DNA of 64,000 bases, from contig CM082592.2 of NCBI GenBank assembly GCA_040954595.2, forward strand, positions 10,982,017-11,046,016, given 5' to 3'. The stretch comes from Balanoglossus misakiensis (Eukaryota; Animalia; Hemichordata). Below the pieces are notes generated by a model. The model was not told where the DNA came from and made no database searches. It saw only the letters and a program-made list of their open reading frames with translations. Position numbers and translations under genes: made by a program. This document shows positions 12,900 through 25,500 of the stretch, piece by piece (within the stretch, counting starts at the first letter, position 1; each line of letters opens with the position of its first letter).

Positions 12900-15446
12900 C
12901 ATGACTAATGATTTCAAGAAAGCACGACTGTTGTTTCGTTGTGTTATTTTTAAATGGCCGACACCGACAAATAGATGGACCTATGTGACCATGACACTTA
13001 AGATGCTTTTACCGATACATTCTTTGATTAATTTCGCCGTAATTACGCGATTTTTATAGCTCCGAGAGTTTTCATAATTACCCGTTTCTTTGTTTGTCGA
13101 CTCATCGATTTTGGAATTAAGACTCCATTTCACCGAGATATCGATCGAAACATGAGCGAGATCTCAACAGTAAGCTTATAGCTTGCATACAACATGCCAT
13201 AGCAGCGAAGGCTGGCTCTAACCAGAGTAAACAAATGTAAACACTAGAACCCGGACAATTATGATGACTCAAACAGTCGAGTAAATTTTACACGTATAGA
13301 ATCCATATCCGTATGACGCGATTATCGAACCAACTCAAACATCATTGCATTTTACAGACTGTATTTAGACATTTCATCTGAATTCAGCTGCTTTTAATGC
13401 AATTTGCCACTGCATTAAACCATGCGCCACAAATGCTTTCCGATATTAACAGCGGAAATTAGGAAACCTTTCTTGTGCGTTTCCCCGCCGTGACGACGTC
13501 TATTTTCCGCTCTGCAGTCATTAGTGCATTAAACCACTTCCAACAGAGCAGTTCTCTGTTATCGTGACTGTATTACTCTAAAAGAGTGTACACACAAGAC
13601 AATTAAAAATTCCAAGTACTTGTTTATTTTACTCAATATGTATTGATAATATACATTTGTCTTGAGTACATAATGTACAAATTAGATTCTCCTCATAATT
13701 ATGAAAATCCAATTAGACGTGCTTATGTAAGTAAGTGATGACCTTCTGTAGTACTGCCCTATATTGGCTTCGTTTTCTGTATGTAAAATATCTCTCGCGT
13801 GTGTCAGGTAAATTTCATGTGAAATAAATACCCCCGGGGCTACACCTAAATACCTCCCACGTTGCCTGGCTAATGGGAATGGTAATGATGATAAATAAAT
13901 AACCTTTCACCCCCATTTTGATGTGTACTGTTCAAATCAAACACTGAAAACAACGGGGTTGAAAGTACAAATGATGCCGGCGAAAAGATTAAACAAAGGC
14001 ATTTGTAATTATCTTAAAATCACAGTTCAGGTACAGATGATAGAGTACATAATAGTGTGTATACATATACTGTATGTACATCGCATGCCATATTCAGTCC
14101 ATGTCTTCCCCCTTTCCTATCAATAGGAAAATCTATTCTATTTTTCTGAGAAAGATACAGGCAGCCTGGGTGTGTCTATGCCTACAGTGGCTGTTCTGCA
14201 GCTTCATCAGTCTAATGAAAATCTAACACAAAAAACACTCATTAAAGGACGGATAAAACGTGGAAGGAGAAAAATTCCTTCGTCGTTGATAATCACGATG
14301 GGTTTCGACTGACCACGAAATGATTTGCAAGGTACGTCACGTATTATTTGCGCGTTAACATTCAAAATGGCGGCCAGTCTGTTGACATGTGATCTTGAGA
14401 CTGAAAAGTGGTCAATATTGGCCTAACCAATAAAGGTTACAGTTATGTCAACGTGTCGCCTTGTGCCAATTTGTTTAGAGATCTGGGAAATCACGCAACA
14501 ATCTCAACCGAAACAAATCTCAGGGATCAAACCTTCAATACTGTTTAACAATTCCTGGCTCCTTACAGCAACGGCGTTTTCAGAATGTTAATCGTTGAAT
14601 TTTCTGAATACAAGCAGATCAGATGACTGAACCTTTTAACGACAGCGATGATGGAAACGACGTCACAATATCTGTCGAATATGGAAAATCAACACTTGTC
14701 GGGCCAAATATTGAATTCGAGGAATTTCATTTATCGCCTTGATGCTGTTTTCAGCGAACTAGGAATAACGTCATACAGTTCTGTGTATCTCTGACGTGCA
14801 TTTTTACGTTGAGGCGTCCCTTGCAAATCGTAAACACATAGTTTTTGTAAATATTTACAATCTCTGACTGATATGACTATTCTAGAAGTTATGTCATTCT
14901 TTGTACAGCGTCTTTTTATGTACTCGTTAATACACGACAATATGAACAGCGTATGTATTTGAGCGAACGATACACACCTGGTCATTTTTAACGCTCTTTC
15001 AAAAACAAATCGATCGATTTTCGAGATTGTAAAAGCAACGGGCTTACAAATCGACGTGTTCTAACAAAAACGCGTCGATCTTGTAAATGAGTCACAGATG
15101 TAAAATTTAAGGGTTTTCTCAAGGTAATTTCATCTGCCAGTGTACGCACGGTGCCATACCTTACCTTAACTATTATGACTTCGTATTTTGGTATTTGAAG
15201 AAGATTAAGAAAACTGTCGGTTTTTGGTAATTTCTTACCATGAATGCCACTATTTCAATGGTGCTCGAAGCTTACTCACGAGACTGTACTTTACCGCGAG
15301 TGATTTGCAATAATCCCCGCATATCGTAATCTTAGTAACGGGCCTTGTTGTTCGTGTCTTGCCATTTGTATGTCGGGGTGAGCTGGGGTCAAGTGAGTGA
15401 CATTTACAGCGTTCTTTGTTCAACAATGCACCTCTGCGTACGGTTG

Positions 15447-17513
15447 TCAACTCGAGCGCACTTCGGTCATTAATGGCTGCTCTGTTGTCTGGCTTTCCAT
15501 CAGGGTATCTTGACGTACCTCGTCCGTGTCGCCGCTGCTTGGGTGATCGTACTTCCCGCTGGAGCTCGCGTCTGCGCTCGAACTGGTTTCCAGTTTCGAG
15601 GCCTTGCCGCCATCCGCGGCGCTGACACGTTTGATGTGTTGCTGGGAGAACGACATTGCTAGGCGCACCTGTTGCAACCAGGGTTTCTCTTTAAACGTTG
15701 ACGCAATGGCCAAAGATTCGATGGCCTTTTCCCTGGCAGAACAACCGATTATGTCTTCGTACAGCTTAACAGTTTGTTCTGGAATGTTCTCTCCCCGTGT
15801 TCCCACGTAATAGAAAGGTTTCTGCCTGGCCTCCAAGCTCAGTACTGGTAGTTGAACTGCATTGTCCACTAGTAACTGTCGTCTCCACTTTTCACGTTCT
15901 TTTTTCTTCCTTTCGGCTTCGCTGTCACTTGTTGATTTGTCGTCTTTCAACTTTGGCAACTTTATATCCTCCTTCGGCCTGCGTCGTTTTCCCTTCGCCG
16001 AAGTTCTTATGAAGGCGCTTCTTTCGTTCGGGTTCGCCACCATTTCAATGTTGGCATCGGAATCCGAGTCAAAGTCATTAAATGGTCCTGTGAGGTCTTG
16101 ATGTGAGGAACTTTTTAACTGAACTATTGGCGGTAATGTCATCGGCCTGTCGTGGATGCTTCGACTTCGAGGCCGAAAATTCCGAATCTTGCGCTTTTCG
16201 GCAACTTGCTGGCGATACTTAGCTACAAGATTTGGCACTCGACTGTCGCTTAAACGGGGCAGTTTTGTATCCGGTGATGTTGGTGACAACAACGGTCCGT
16301 TTTCACCAGACCCCGTGCTATTCCCAGCTAAGCTGTCGTTACCCTCGAGTTCGCTGCCTTCGCTAGACTTCCGCACAAGCGCTTTGCTTTTAAACCGAAT
16401 GTGTCGCACGACACGAGGGCTGCCATTTTGGGTGCTCTCAGTGAACCCGTCCACATGAACGCCTTGCCCACAAAGAGCGCCATTTTGGCGATATGGACGG
16501 CGCATTTTAAGACTGGACTTATCATTCCCGTAGATTAACAAGACCTTATCTTTTGCCTTGTCGCACCATTTTCTAACCTGTGAGTAAATAGTTAAAGGTA
16601 AGGTTAGGGCACTGTACGTAACACTAGACCACTGCTTAGTTAATAAATACAAAGCCACCTCCCTCTGCTGCTTTCTCAGTGCAAGACTTAGCGGAGTTAA
16701 CCCGTTGCCATCTTTACAAGTGACACAACAAATATTATGATATACAAAAATTCTTAAAATCTGTAATTGCCCGTGTTCGGCAGCTTCATGGATCGGAGTC
16801 TTTTGACTGTCAATATGCGTGTATTCGCACCACTCCCTCGTTGGATGGTCGCCAACTTCTTCGTCCGAGCGAACACCTTGTTTCAACATCACCGTGGCGA
16901 GATCCATGTGTCCGTGATGGGCGGCAATAAACAACGCTACGCGGTACTGGTATTTGGCAACCATGTCTTCGGACGACATCGTCTTCAAGACTTCTGAAGT
17001 GTGACCGATGGAGGCTGCCTTCAGAAAATCGTTCCAGCCGTCCCATGTCAACATGTGAACGGTGGCTCCGAGCTCCAGGTTGTATGTGTCCAGGGTGTTC
17101 ACATCGTACATGTCTGCACCGTCCAAGGTGACCAGCCTGAAGACGGTGACGGGAATGCCACATTTGCGGACGACGAATGTTTTCAACTCGGCAACGGTGG
17201 TGGTGATCGGATTCAAGTCGTTCAGGATCTCTATCGTCTCGTCGTTAAACGCCGAGTAGACATACAGCGTCGGTTTCACCTCTTCCCGCAGACTTGCCTT
17301 CAAAGTCGCCCCGGCGTGTATCCCGATATCACTCAGATACCAATCGTCCATGAGATCCGAACCATGGTAGTTCAACACCACATATTGGCCACCTCGAGTG
17401 TCTATCTGGAAGATATCAATAGCCTTCGTTTTCAGCGATCCCACATCGTCGGCGGGTTTAACATCCAGAGAATCCCTCCTGTTCTCGAAGGTCACAAATA
17501 TCCGCATACTCAT
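15447..17513 (-). CDS. ANKUB1: Ankyrin repeat and ubiquitin domain-containing protein 1, single coding exon, 688 aa
   Basis: Two N-terminal ubiquitin-like domains (MRIFVTFE..., KPTLYVYSA...CGIPVTVFRL..MYDVNTL), then WDGWNDFL, KYQYRVALFIAA, VGDHPTREWC, KTPIHEAAEHGQLQILRIF and LYLLTKQWS, matching recalled human ANKUB1. Confidence 0.93.
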   Translation of the reverse strand: MSMRIFVTFENRRDSLDVKPADDVGSLKTKAIDIFQIDTRGGQYVVLNYHGSDLMDDWYLSDIGIHAGATLKASLREEVKPTLYVYSAFNDETIEILNDLNPITTTVAELKTFVVRKCGIPVTVFRLVTLDGADMYDVNTLDTYNLELGATVHMLTWDGWNDFLKAASIGHTSEVLKTMSSEDMVAKYQYRVALFIAAHHGHMDLATVMLKQGVRSDEEVGDHPTREWCEYTHIDSQKTPIHEAAEHGQLQILRIFVYHNICCVTCKDGNGLTPLSLALRKQQREVALYLLTKQWSSVTYSALTLPLTIYSQVRKWCDKAKDKVLLIYGNDKSSLKMRRPYRQNGALCGQGVHVDGFTESTQNGSPRVVRHIRFKSKALVRKSSEGSELEGNDSLAGNSTGSGENGPLLSPTSPDTKLPRLSDSRVPNLVAKYRQQVAEKRKIRNFRPRSRSIHDRPMTLPPIVQLKSSSHQDLTGPFNDFDSDSDANIEMVANPNERSAFIRTSAKGKRRRPKEDIKLPKLKDDKSTSDSEAERKKKEREKWRRQLLVDNAVQLPVLSLEARQKPFYYVGTRGENIPEQTVKLYEDIIGCSAREKAIESLAIASTFKEKPWLQQVRLAMSFSQQHIKRVSAADGGKASKLETSSSADASSSGKYDHPSSGDTDEVRQDTLMESQTTEQPLMTEVRSS

Positions 17514-19299
17514 ATTTTTTCCGAGGCTGAATTTCAGTGCAGGTTAAAAACACACACCCAGCTTCTGTCGATGTATAGACAACTCGTCAGACGTGACGAA
17601 AAATAAACCAGGTAGAACCGCTCCACGGTACGACTGCGGGCTCGTTGTCAAGGCAGCAGTGCTGGGTAATTTCAACGCGTAAAATTAAACATTGTGCATG
17701 TTCAGTGTTGTGTGGCTTTAACGATAACACTCCGGTTTCGCAGTTTCTCTGCAGTAGTCACTGCGCAAGATTGCGATCTGTCCTCAAACGAGCGAAGGAA
17801 AAGCAGCCAACGACAAAACTGCGGTAAACAATGTCTGCTCGGAGATGTAAACAACCCGTATACGTAATTGAATCCACACGTTGCCGGGGCTGGATCTATA
17901 TATGCTAGGCGAATGGAGATAACTGCATTGATCGCCAAGCCCCCAGTATCCTCTGCTGAAGTGACTCTTTGTTGTACAGTCGTGTATTGATCATCTGACT
18001 AGCCAATGAGAAAGTCGCTTAAGGCCATGCACATACGAATAGGTTTTAGGAGGACTTCAAATTGATCCAGTTTTTCGTACCGCCTAGCTTTGGAACTAAA
18101 CTATTGACAGAAGCCAACAAAAGCCTGTAATGACAAAGCGGGTTGGCGAACAATGAGTAATCGATCCGTGGACTAGTGGGTAAGAAGTATGAATGTACCA
18201 TTCTATAATCATATGCAGGCAGAGTCGAAATCAAATTATCATAATACATAATTAGCTGGTTGACATTTAATGCGGTATTAAGTAACCACCCCGTTTCATC
18301 ATAAATTGGATTGGAAATTGATTTACAGTAAAAAGGCCAATTAAACCGTTATTTTTTTACGATGTCGTTGTTTAGTTGTGTATGCATGAAAATCGAATAT
18401 CACCGGGCTGCCGCGTAACGGAACCGGAATACGTTATCGTGTGTAGTCCCGGAGATGAGATATTAGTAATTGGACATGATTGCGATAGGCAGCCAAGATC
18501 AGTGACATTCATCTAAATCCCCGAACAAAACCATCAAAACATTCTAATCGGCCTTATCGGAGCAAATCCGCACGTCCACAAAAACCGGGGACCGTCAGAG
18601 TTTCTGAATAATGACCGTTCTTTATGACTGCATAGCAACTAGGAACCACGCACCTCGTAGCATCGGTGAAACTATGTCGCTTCGCAGTAACGGGCCCGGG
18701 TTGTAAAATTGGGGGGGGGGGGGGCAAGAATGGCTTCAGCACTTCAGAGTAATTGCTTGGAGAGTCAACATTATGCCATTACGGCCAATAAAATATCGAG
18801 CGGGCGCCCCAGTTTAACGGTGCCATCAAGGTGAAACACCAAGCCCAAATTCCAAGTTTATGCTTTCATTCATAGCACAGCCCCAGCCCTGCATGTCAAA
18901 TAATCGGTGATTGGCTTTCAAAGCGCAGGGCCCAGGTGCCAGAACGCCCAAATTAAATCCACAAACAACGCTTTGTTTTGTCTCAGCCAATTTCTGAGGT
19001 TTCGTATAGCAGATACCCCCGGGGAAAGTTGTTTTAGTTGAACATGAGTTGCACACTATACACAGTTACTGGAAGGTTGTGAGAGAGCTCTAAGCGACGT
19101 GATTTTCTCACAATGGCCGTGCTTCGACCAGATTTTCTCTGCTGACAATTTTACATGGCACCTATTCATTATCACCGTTATATTCCTAAATATGCAGCTA
19201 AATACAGAACACTAACTTAATCCTCCTTACATTTGAATGCGTTTGTTCTTTAGTGTTTTAAAGACACATAATTAACAAAATCCATCCTCAATTGGATGG

Positions 19300-20160
19300 T
19301 AGTCAGTTCTGGTACATCATTGTCTGTATCTATTCTGTTATCAGAACTTCTTAAGCGGATTTCCTTCACTTCCAAACCCACAATAGAAACTTAAGTCCTG
19401 CTTTTCATTGATTAAATTAGTCCTCAGTCTGGGTTTTACCGTCTACAAAAGGATGTCACAACTTTGTTTCACAAAGCACGGTCACTGGTGGCTGCTGGTA
19501 AGAATGAAGTTGCGGATTATTTCTCAAGAAGTTAAGAACTTGATCAATACTTTCTATTTGGCGATTAATCTAATCTTAGATGCACGGTCGGTATTTTTTC
19601 ATGCAAAGTCCGAGCGAAGATGGTGTTACAACCCCGTTCCCAGTTTTCGGCAGGTCTCGTGTACTCTGGTTTATCAGCCATCCTGCAATCGCCGCTACTT
19701 TAGGGAAGGGGTGCCTATGTTTTGTCCAAATAAAGGCCCTGACAAATATTCCTGTCATGGGGCCGGTCATCACCTTAGCATCAAACCTGTAACTTTTGGT
19801 AATATTGGACTATTTTTTGCTTGGTCGGTTGTGAATTCTTTCGGCGTCTTTGCAAGGTTTCTTTCCTTTGTTTTTTTCTATATGACCATAGGCTATACCC
19901 CTTTACGGCAGTTACCTTATACAAGATTTACGACTTCGTGTCATATTGTACCATAAAGTAGTTTGGTTTCTACGTTAACCGGAATGCAGGCATTGGGGTC
20001 AACACAATAGCAATAAAGCCACTTGTATTATACTTATCATCTGAATGACCATGGTGATTATTCGGACATGTAGCACCTTTCAATGGATTTTTGAATTCCA
20101 GCTCCACAGAGGGGATAAGACCTTGCAGCCCAGATAGTCTATTTTCATGCATTATAACGG
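19300..20160 (-). mobile_element. Heavily decayed DDE transposase relic, possibly PIF/Harbinger-type
   Basis: Minus-strand fragments MHENRL, TSGFIAIVLTP, KEFTTDQAKNS and IAGWLIN occur in the order of the Harbinger-type motifs (SMHKxRPL, TTGYIVSVLGP, KQFTTEEANxSR, IVxALxN), with many stops and frameshifts. Confidence 0.35.
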
Positions 20161-22515
20161 GATATAAACTTCAGTAAAGAAATGCAACCGCTTCAGTCCT
20201 GTTTATTGTGAAGGGGCGATTTTGTTCATACCTGAAATGCTGTTGTTCTGTCGTGAAATTCAAAACCCGGCGCGAATGTTTGCGCTTTCAAGTATGTTCT
20301 TTACAAAAGCTCCGCTTTGTCCTTGCTTGCCCAAATGACATTACAATGAAGTAAATGAGTATACCCCCGCACAGCAAACCACAACACCATGTCGTTTGGT
20401 AGTTATGGTGGTTTGTGCTGTATTACGCTGCTACAGTCGTACGTCGCTCGATTCAAGTTGTGAAGCACCATGGTTAAAACCTGTCAAGAGCGAGGTAGAC
20501 GAGTTACAGACAGTCTGTTTTCTAACGGGTTTGGTCACAGCATCAGAGAAAAGGCCGGTTTGAAAGAAAGCATTTAGTTGGACACGGTGCATTTTGGAAA
20601 CATTATGATTGGCGCCTGAACACCAGACAACTAAGAAAAAAATGACAATATTACGTCATGTTGTGAAAACTTGAAACGCCAGGTGAAACGTCACGTGAAG
20701 CAAAGAAAACACATTTCTAATCAGAGTCGATTTATTGACCACCCAACAGTAGTCTGTTTACTCTTTAACTTTCACTTTGACTTAAAACTAAGAAACTCAA
20801 CAAGACAGGAAAGAACAAACACCGACGTTTGTCTGCAGTGAAAATGACTAACGGAGACTAACAAATGATTTTCAATTGGCACAGTTTAAGAACGCCCTGG
20901 AAAAAAACTACGAACAATACTCCTTTGACACGAAGACTTTAAAAGAGAATCGTGGTGGCAAACACTCACAACAATGATTATTGTGAGTGAGTGACCTTCC
21001 CAAGTTACCGTCTGTAGACTGGTTACATTCAGAGAGGGTGTAGGGAAACACAGGCAGATGTTAAATCTGTCTGTCACTCTCTGTGTGTGTCTTTTACGTG
21101 CGCACCTACACATCTGTTTGTTTCCTTCTCCCTCTGCAGTTGCAGGTGTGTATGTTTACATATTGTGCCTCCTTCCAGCACCTGTATTTGCCTTTACCTA
21201 ACCCAACACAATCTTCATGTCCCCCTTCGTCTCTTGTATTTACTTGTATCATTTTGGTTGTCTTTCAACACATCTCTACTACTATCTGTTATCGTTGCCA
21301 CGCAGTCAGTGCGTTATGAAGTTGCTAAGCTGCAAGCATTAATAAGTCTGTTTAGCACAGTTTCAAGATGTCAACAAACAATCGATAAGACAGGTAAATA
21401 CCCTACTCCACAGGTAGTGATAAATGTACGTGCGAAGAAAGCTGGCGAGACGTACCTTACATCATGTACATTGCGACATAAACGTAGAATACTAGTATAT
21501 CATGCAACAAAGGAAAGATTTATGTCAGATAATAGGATGCGGTTGTTGAGAGCAAGCCAACACTTGGTAAATATCGTCAGGTTAATTTAAGGTTAGGGTC
21601 ACGTTGGATGAACTGATTTTTTCATTCGTGTTCTGACCTTTGTCGCAGAAATTGATCACTCCCAAGACCTGCTGGCTCAGTTGTTGTTGTTGTTGTTATG
21701 GGTTGTGTCTCACTGTGAGTTCTGCTTTATGGACTTGAATTAGAATGTGTTCTATCTATAAAGCCTTATGTTGATCTGTATATGTTGTAAAACTGTATCA
21801 TTTGGCAGAGAATAGAGCTGTAACAAGAACTAAAATGTCTTCTTTAAAAATACGCCCCTGAGACAATTCACAGACAGAGATGTGCCTCTTGCAGCCTGCG
21901 GGTATGTCGTAGTTACGCTCTTAACGCTTTGTTGACGACGTACCATGACACAAAGTTTGTATAAAAGGTCACACACTTTGATGAACAGGGATGACGTCAA
22001 TCCACAGACACGCAACACGTGTACACAAGGTGTCTGTTCAGTTTCAAATTAACGATACAATTTGAGGGATTTACAAACACCTGTTTACATTAAAAGGTAT
22101 GCGGTCACCTATGCAAATTTAGCCACTGTGACCGATTTGAGATCACAGATGTTCACTTGGGTGTCTAAAAGAGTGCGCCACCAACAGGTCTTTAGAAGAC
22201 TCATTTTACCTACAATAACCTCATTTACATTTACTAGTTGCTTTTTATTGAGATAATATGCAAGAGAATACAACAAAAGAGTTTATAGTTTGGATCGCTG
22301 GCTGCATACATACTTCTTTCCTATCACCTAGAGTATAAATAAATCATCCATTGGCCTACAAGAGGACTCGGATTAACTTACTTGATTCATATTGTAAATA
22401 TTGTTTTCAATACCATAGTATGTCCGGAAAATTATTGTAAATTATTGACCGATTTGAGACAAGTTGGTCTCTAATTTACAACACTTGGTTCCATCTGGCA
22501 TCGCATTGCATTCAT

Positions 22516-25500
22516 TCAAAGGTCCTCATACCCACAATCCTCAAGTCCTTCAAAATCTTCCATGTTATCAGATGCACTGGTGCTGTCGCTGGTGGCACTA
22601 GCGACCTCTGCAGGATCACTGTCTGGTTGCAGGGCGACCAGGAGTTGGTAATCTTCTGCGGGATGGACGCAGGGTTTCTCCCTTGAGTCACGACGTGTGG
22701 GGCTGGATGGCACGTTAGCAACAGGGGCACGTCTGTTCAGGGCGCCATTCTCACTGGATGTTCCTGTAGCAGAGGGCGCAGTGACGTCGGCCTCTCTCAG
22801 ACACCCATGTATTGGACCACTAACTTGTCGGTTGTCTTGGCTCTGGTTGTTCAGGGCAGCTGGCTGAATTTTAAGTCCACTGATAGGGGACGAATTCGGA
22901 TATGGATAGCCAGGTATACGTTTCAGCAAAGGAACCGTGTTCTCCACATCTTCATGGTCACTCCCATCAAATGTGCTGTTGGATGCCACAGTGCTGCCAC
23001 TATTGAAAACGTCATCGTGTCCTTGCTGGACAAAATCTAGTGGCAGGTATCTTTGTGGAAGACCCTCTTTCACAGCTCCTGCTATATTCGGTTTATCGAT
23101 CTCGAGCGAGTTGCCAAGCAGCGTGTCGATGGACTCCTTGAGTCCACTATGGTTGGCCTCGCAAGACCCGATAGACTGCAGAGAGCTTTCGCTTGATGCA
23201 GCTGACACTGCATCCGCGGAGGATGTCTTCTCCGTGGATTCCAGTGGAATATATCCTTCTACAATGCACGATTCACTAGGGCCTGTCTCTTTTTCAATCC
23301 GAAAGCTTTCTGGTGGCAAATTGTCTTTCCTGGCCATATCCGATTTTCTCCTGTGCGTCACCTCTTCACTGCTGATATTCGCACGTGCAGATGATTTCTG
23401 AGGTTGGTCATCAACTTCTGCAGCTTCCATGCCATCTGCTGGCACGTGCACTTTACTTGGCACAGATTGCCCCGACAGCAGGATGTTCCTCCCACGAACA
23501 TCAGCCACTGTCTGGTATTCATCCAGTGGTGACAAGGGAGACCGAACCCTTGGAATTTGACAGGCAGCACCATTTCCACCCATCGCTTCCATTGAAATGT
23601 ACGCATCACAAACTAATTCATTAGCATTCCTCGGTCCCTTCCCAGTGACGCAGGGATCCTGCAGGAAAGTTCTCTTCGTCTCAGTTTTCGGTCGCGACTG
23701 CGGTAGAAGGGTCCTGAACGAGGCTCTTCTGTCCACCTCGTTCGCTTTCTTAACTGGCATGCTGTCGAACACCTCACGGTTCTCGTCTTGAGATATTCTC
23801 GATGGCGGTTCCTAAGGTGACATTTCACGAAGAAAGACAAATAAGGATATCAGACATTAGTGTACATCGTGATGGTTTAAGTTAAAGCACTCACGACAGA
23901 CTGGAATACGTTCTCTGAAATTTTGTGTTGAATATTCTGTACTAATACCCTTTGACTTACCTCTTCCCACAGAGGTTTTACATGACTAACTTGCTGTAGA
24001 CAGTCCAGTCTCACTGCAAATCTGTAGCAGCATACCACTAAAAGTACCATAATTATAACACCAAGTACCACTCCAATCACTATGACGACGTAAGGCCAAA
24101 CTGTAATTACAATCAAACGCACACTCGAGTTAAAACAATTGCTAGGGGGTCTCCATCACTGAAAGCGAGGTAAAATGTCAGATGGGGTACTTAATGCATT
24201 TGCAGGCGAATGATGTAATTGAATTATAAAGCTTTATCCTTACTCGCTTTTTCGTAACAAATTTCAATGTCATTGCTGACACCTGACGGGCTGTTCATCC
24301 GGTTCAAACTGGATTGTACTTGGCATGTAACTTTGACTGCGTCTGTTGCAATGTCAGTTTCACACCGCGCTGACATCAACATTTCAGTCACACCAACGGT
24401 CTGACCTTCACTGATGATGTCATCTCCAGAGTAACATTCAATGATGTACACCAATTCATCCATTGGCCCATTGGGTCTGAAAGAATGGAGTGGTATGCTC
24501 AGTGTCTTGTACCAATACATCAATGTTCATTATTACAGTGTATATCAAGATTATCAACAAGAAAATATTAGATGGTGCGTGCAATGATTAGAGTTCTCAT
24601 CATTTGATGGTCTGGGAGAAAGCAGTTTCAGAACAAAAGCTTAAAAGAAAAGATAAGCAGACGAGACATGACACTCTACCTTTCTGGTGGTAACCACGTG
24701 ACCTTTATCGTTGAGTCGTCGATCGGAGTCGCTTTCACGTCCACCGGTTGGCTGGGAACTTGTACCACAGAAAAAAAGAATTTAGTCAGATTTGAAAGGT
24801 GTGAAGCATGCCTACACGACAAGCTGTCAAAATGACATAACACTGTGCTAGAGATTTACATCTGGCACTTATAGTATGCGAGTGAAATTGTCCTATGTTT
24901 TTTTTCTATTAAATTGAATTGCACATGCATAAACACGCACCTCCTATTAATGTTGTCGCATAAACTGGATCAGAATACTCCCCGCATGGATCTGGAATCA
25001 CTGCAATGCTACAAGCCTTGACCTTGACTTCATAAGTCTCATATCCACAAAGGTCTTCTATCCTGACACGAGTGTTGGTTGTATTCACAATCTGGTCGTG
25101 GCAGTGTTTGCTATTGTTCTGTGGTTTCACTGTGATCTCATAGTGTGACACGTCATCCTCTATCGTGCCAGGCATGGACCATCTCACTGTTAACGCAGAT
25201 CCACTCACCATCTCCTCTAGAATCTCGACATCTATTGGACGTGCTGGAGCTACAGCCATAGAAAATGTCCACAGTCACATTATCATATATCTTAACATAT
25301 TATGTGGGCATGAATGAGATAATACTAATGGTGAACACGTAACGCAAACATAAAAGAAACCAGTTTGCTATATACCTCCCATGCTGGTCTTAGTCCTTGC
25401 AAATTCTGAACCAGGCCCAACTCCTATGGCAGTCATGGCTGAGATTGACACATCATATTCTGTGTTTGGTGACAGTCCTCTGATGATGTACTTCAATGGT

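Noticed and set aside
17001-17606. 201-aa plus-strand ORF
   Set aside because: Antisense shadow of ANKUB1 with no recognisable features.
19408-19956. 182-aa plus-strand ORF
   Set aside because: Non-ATG start, no motifs; lies antisense to the probable transposase relic.
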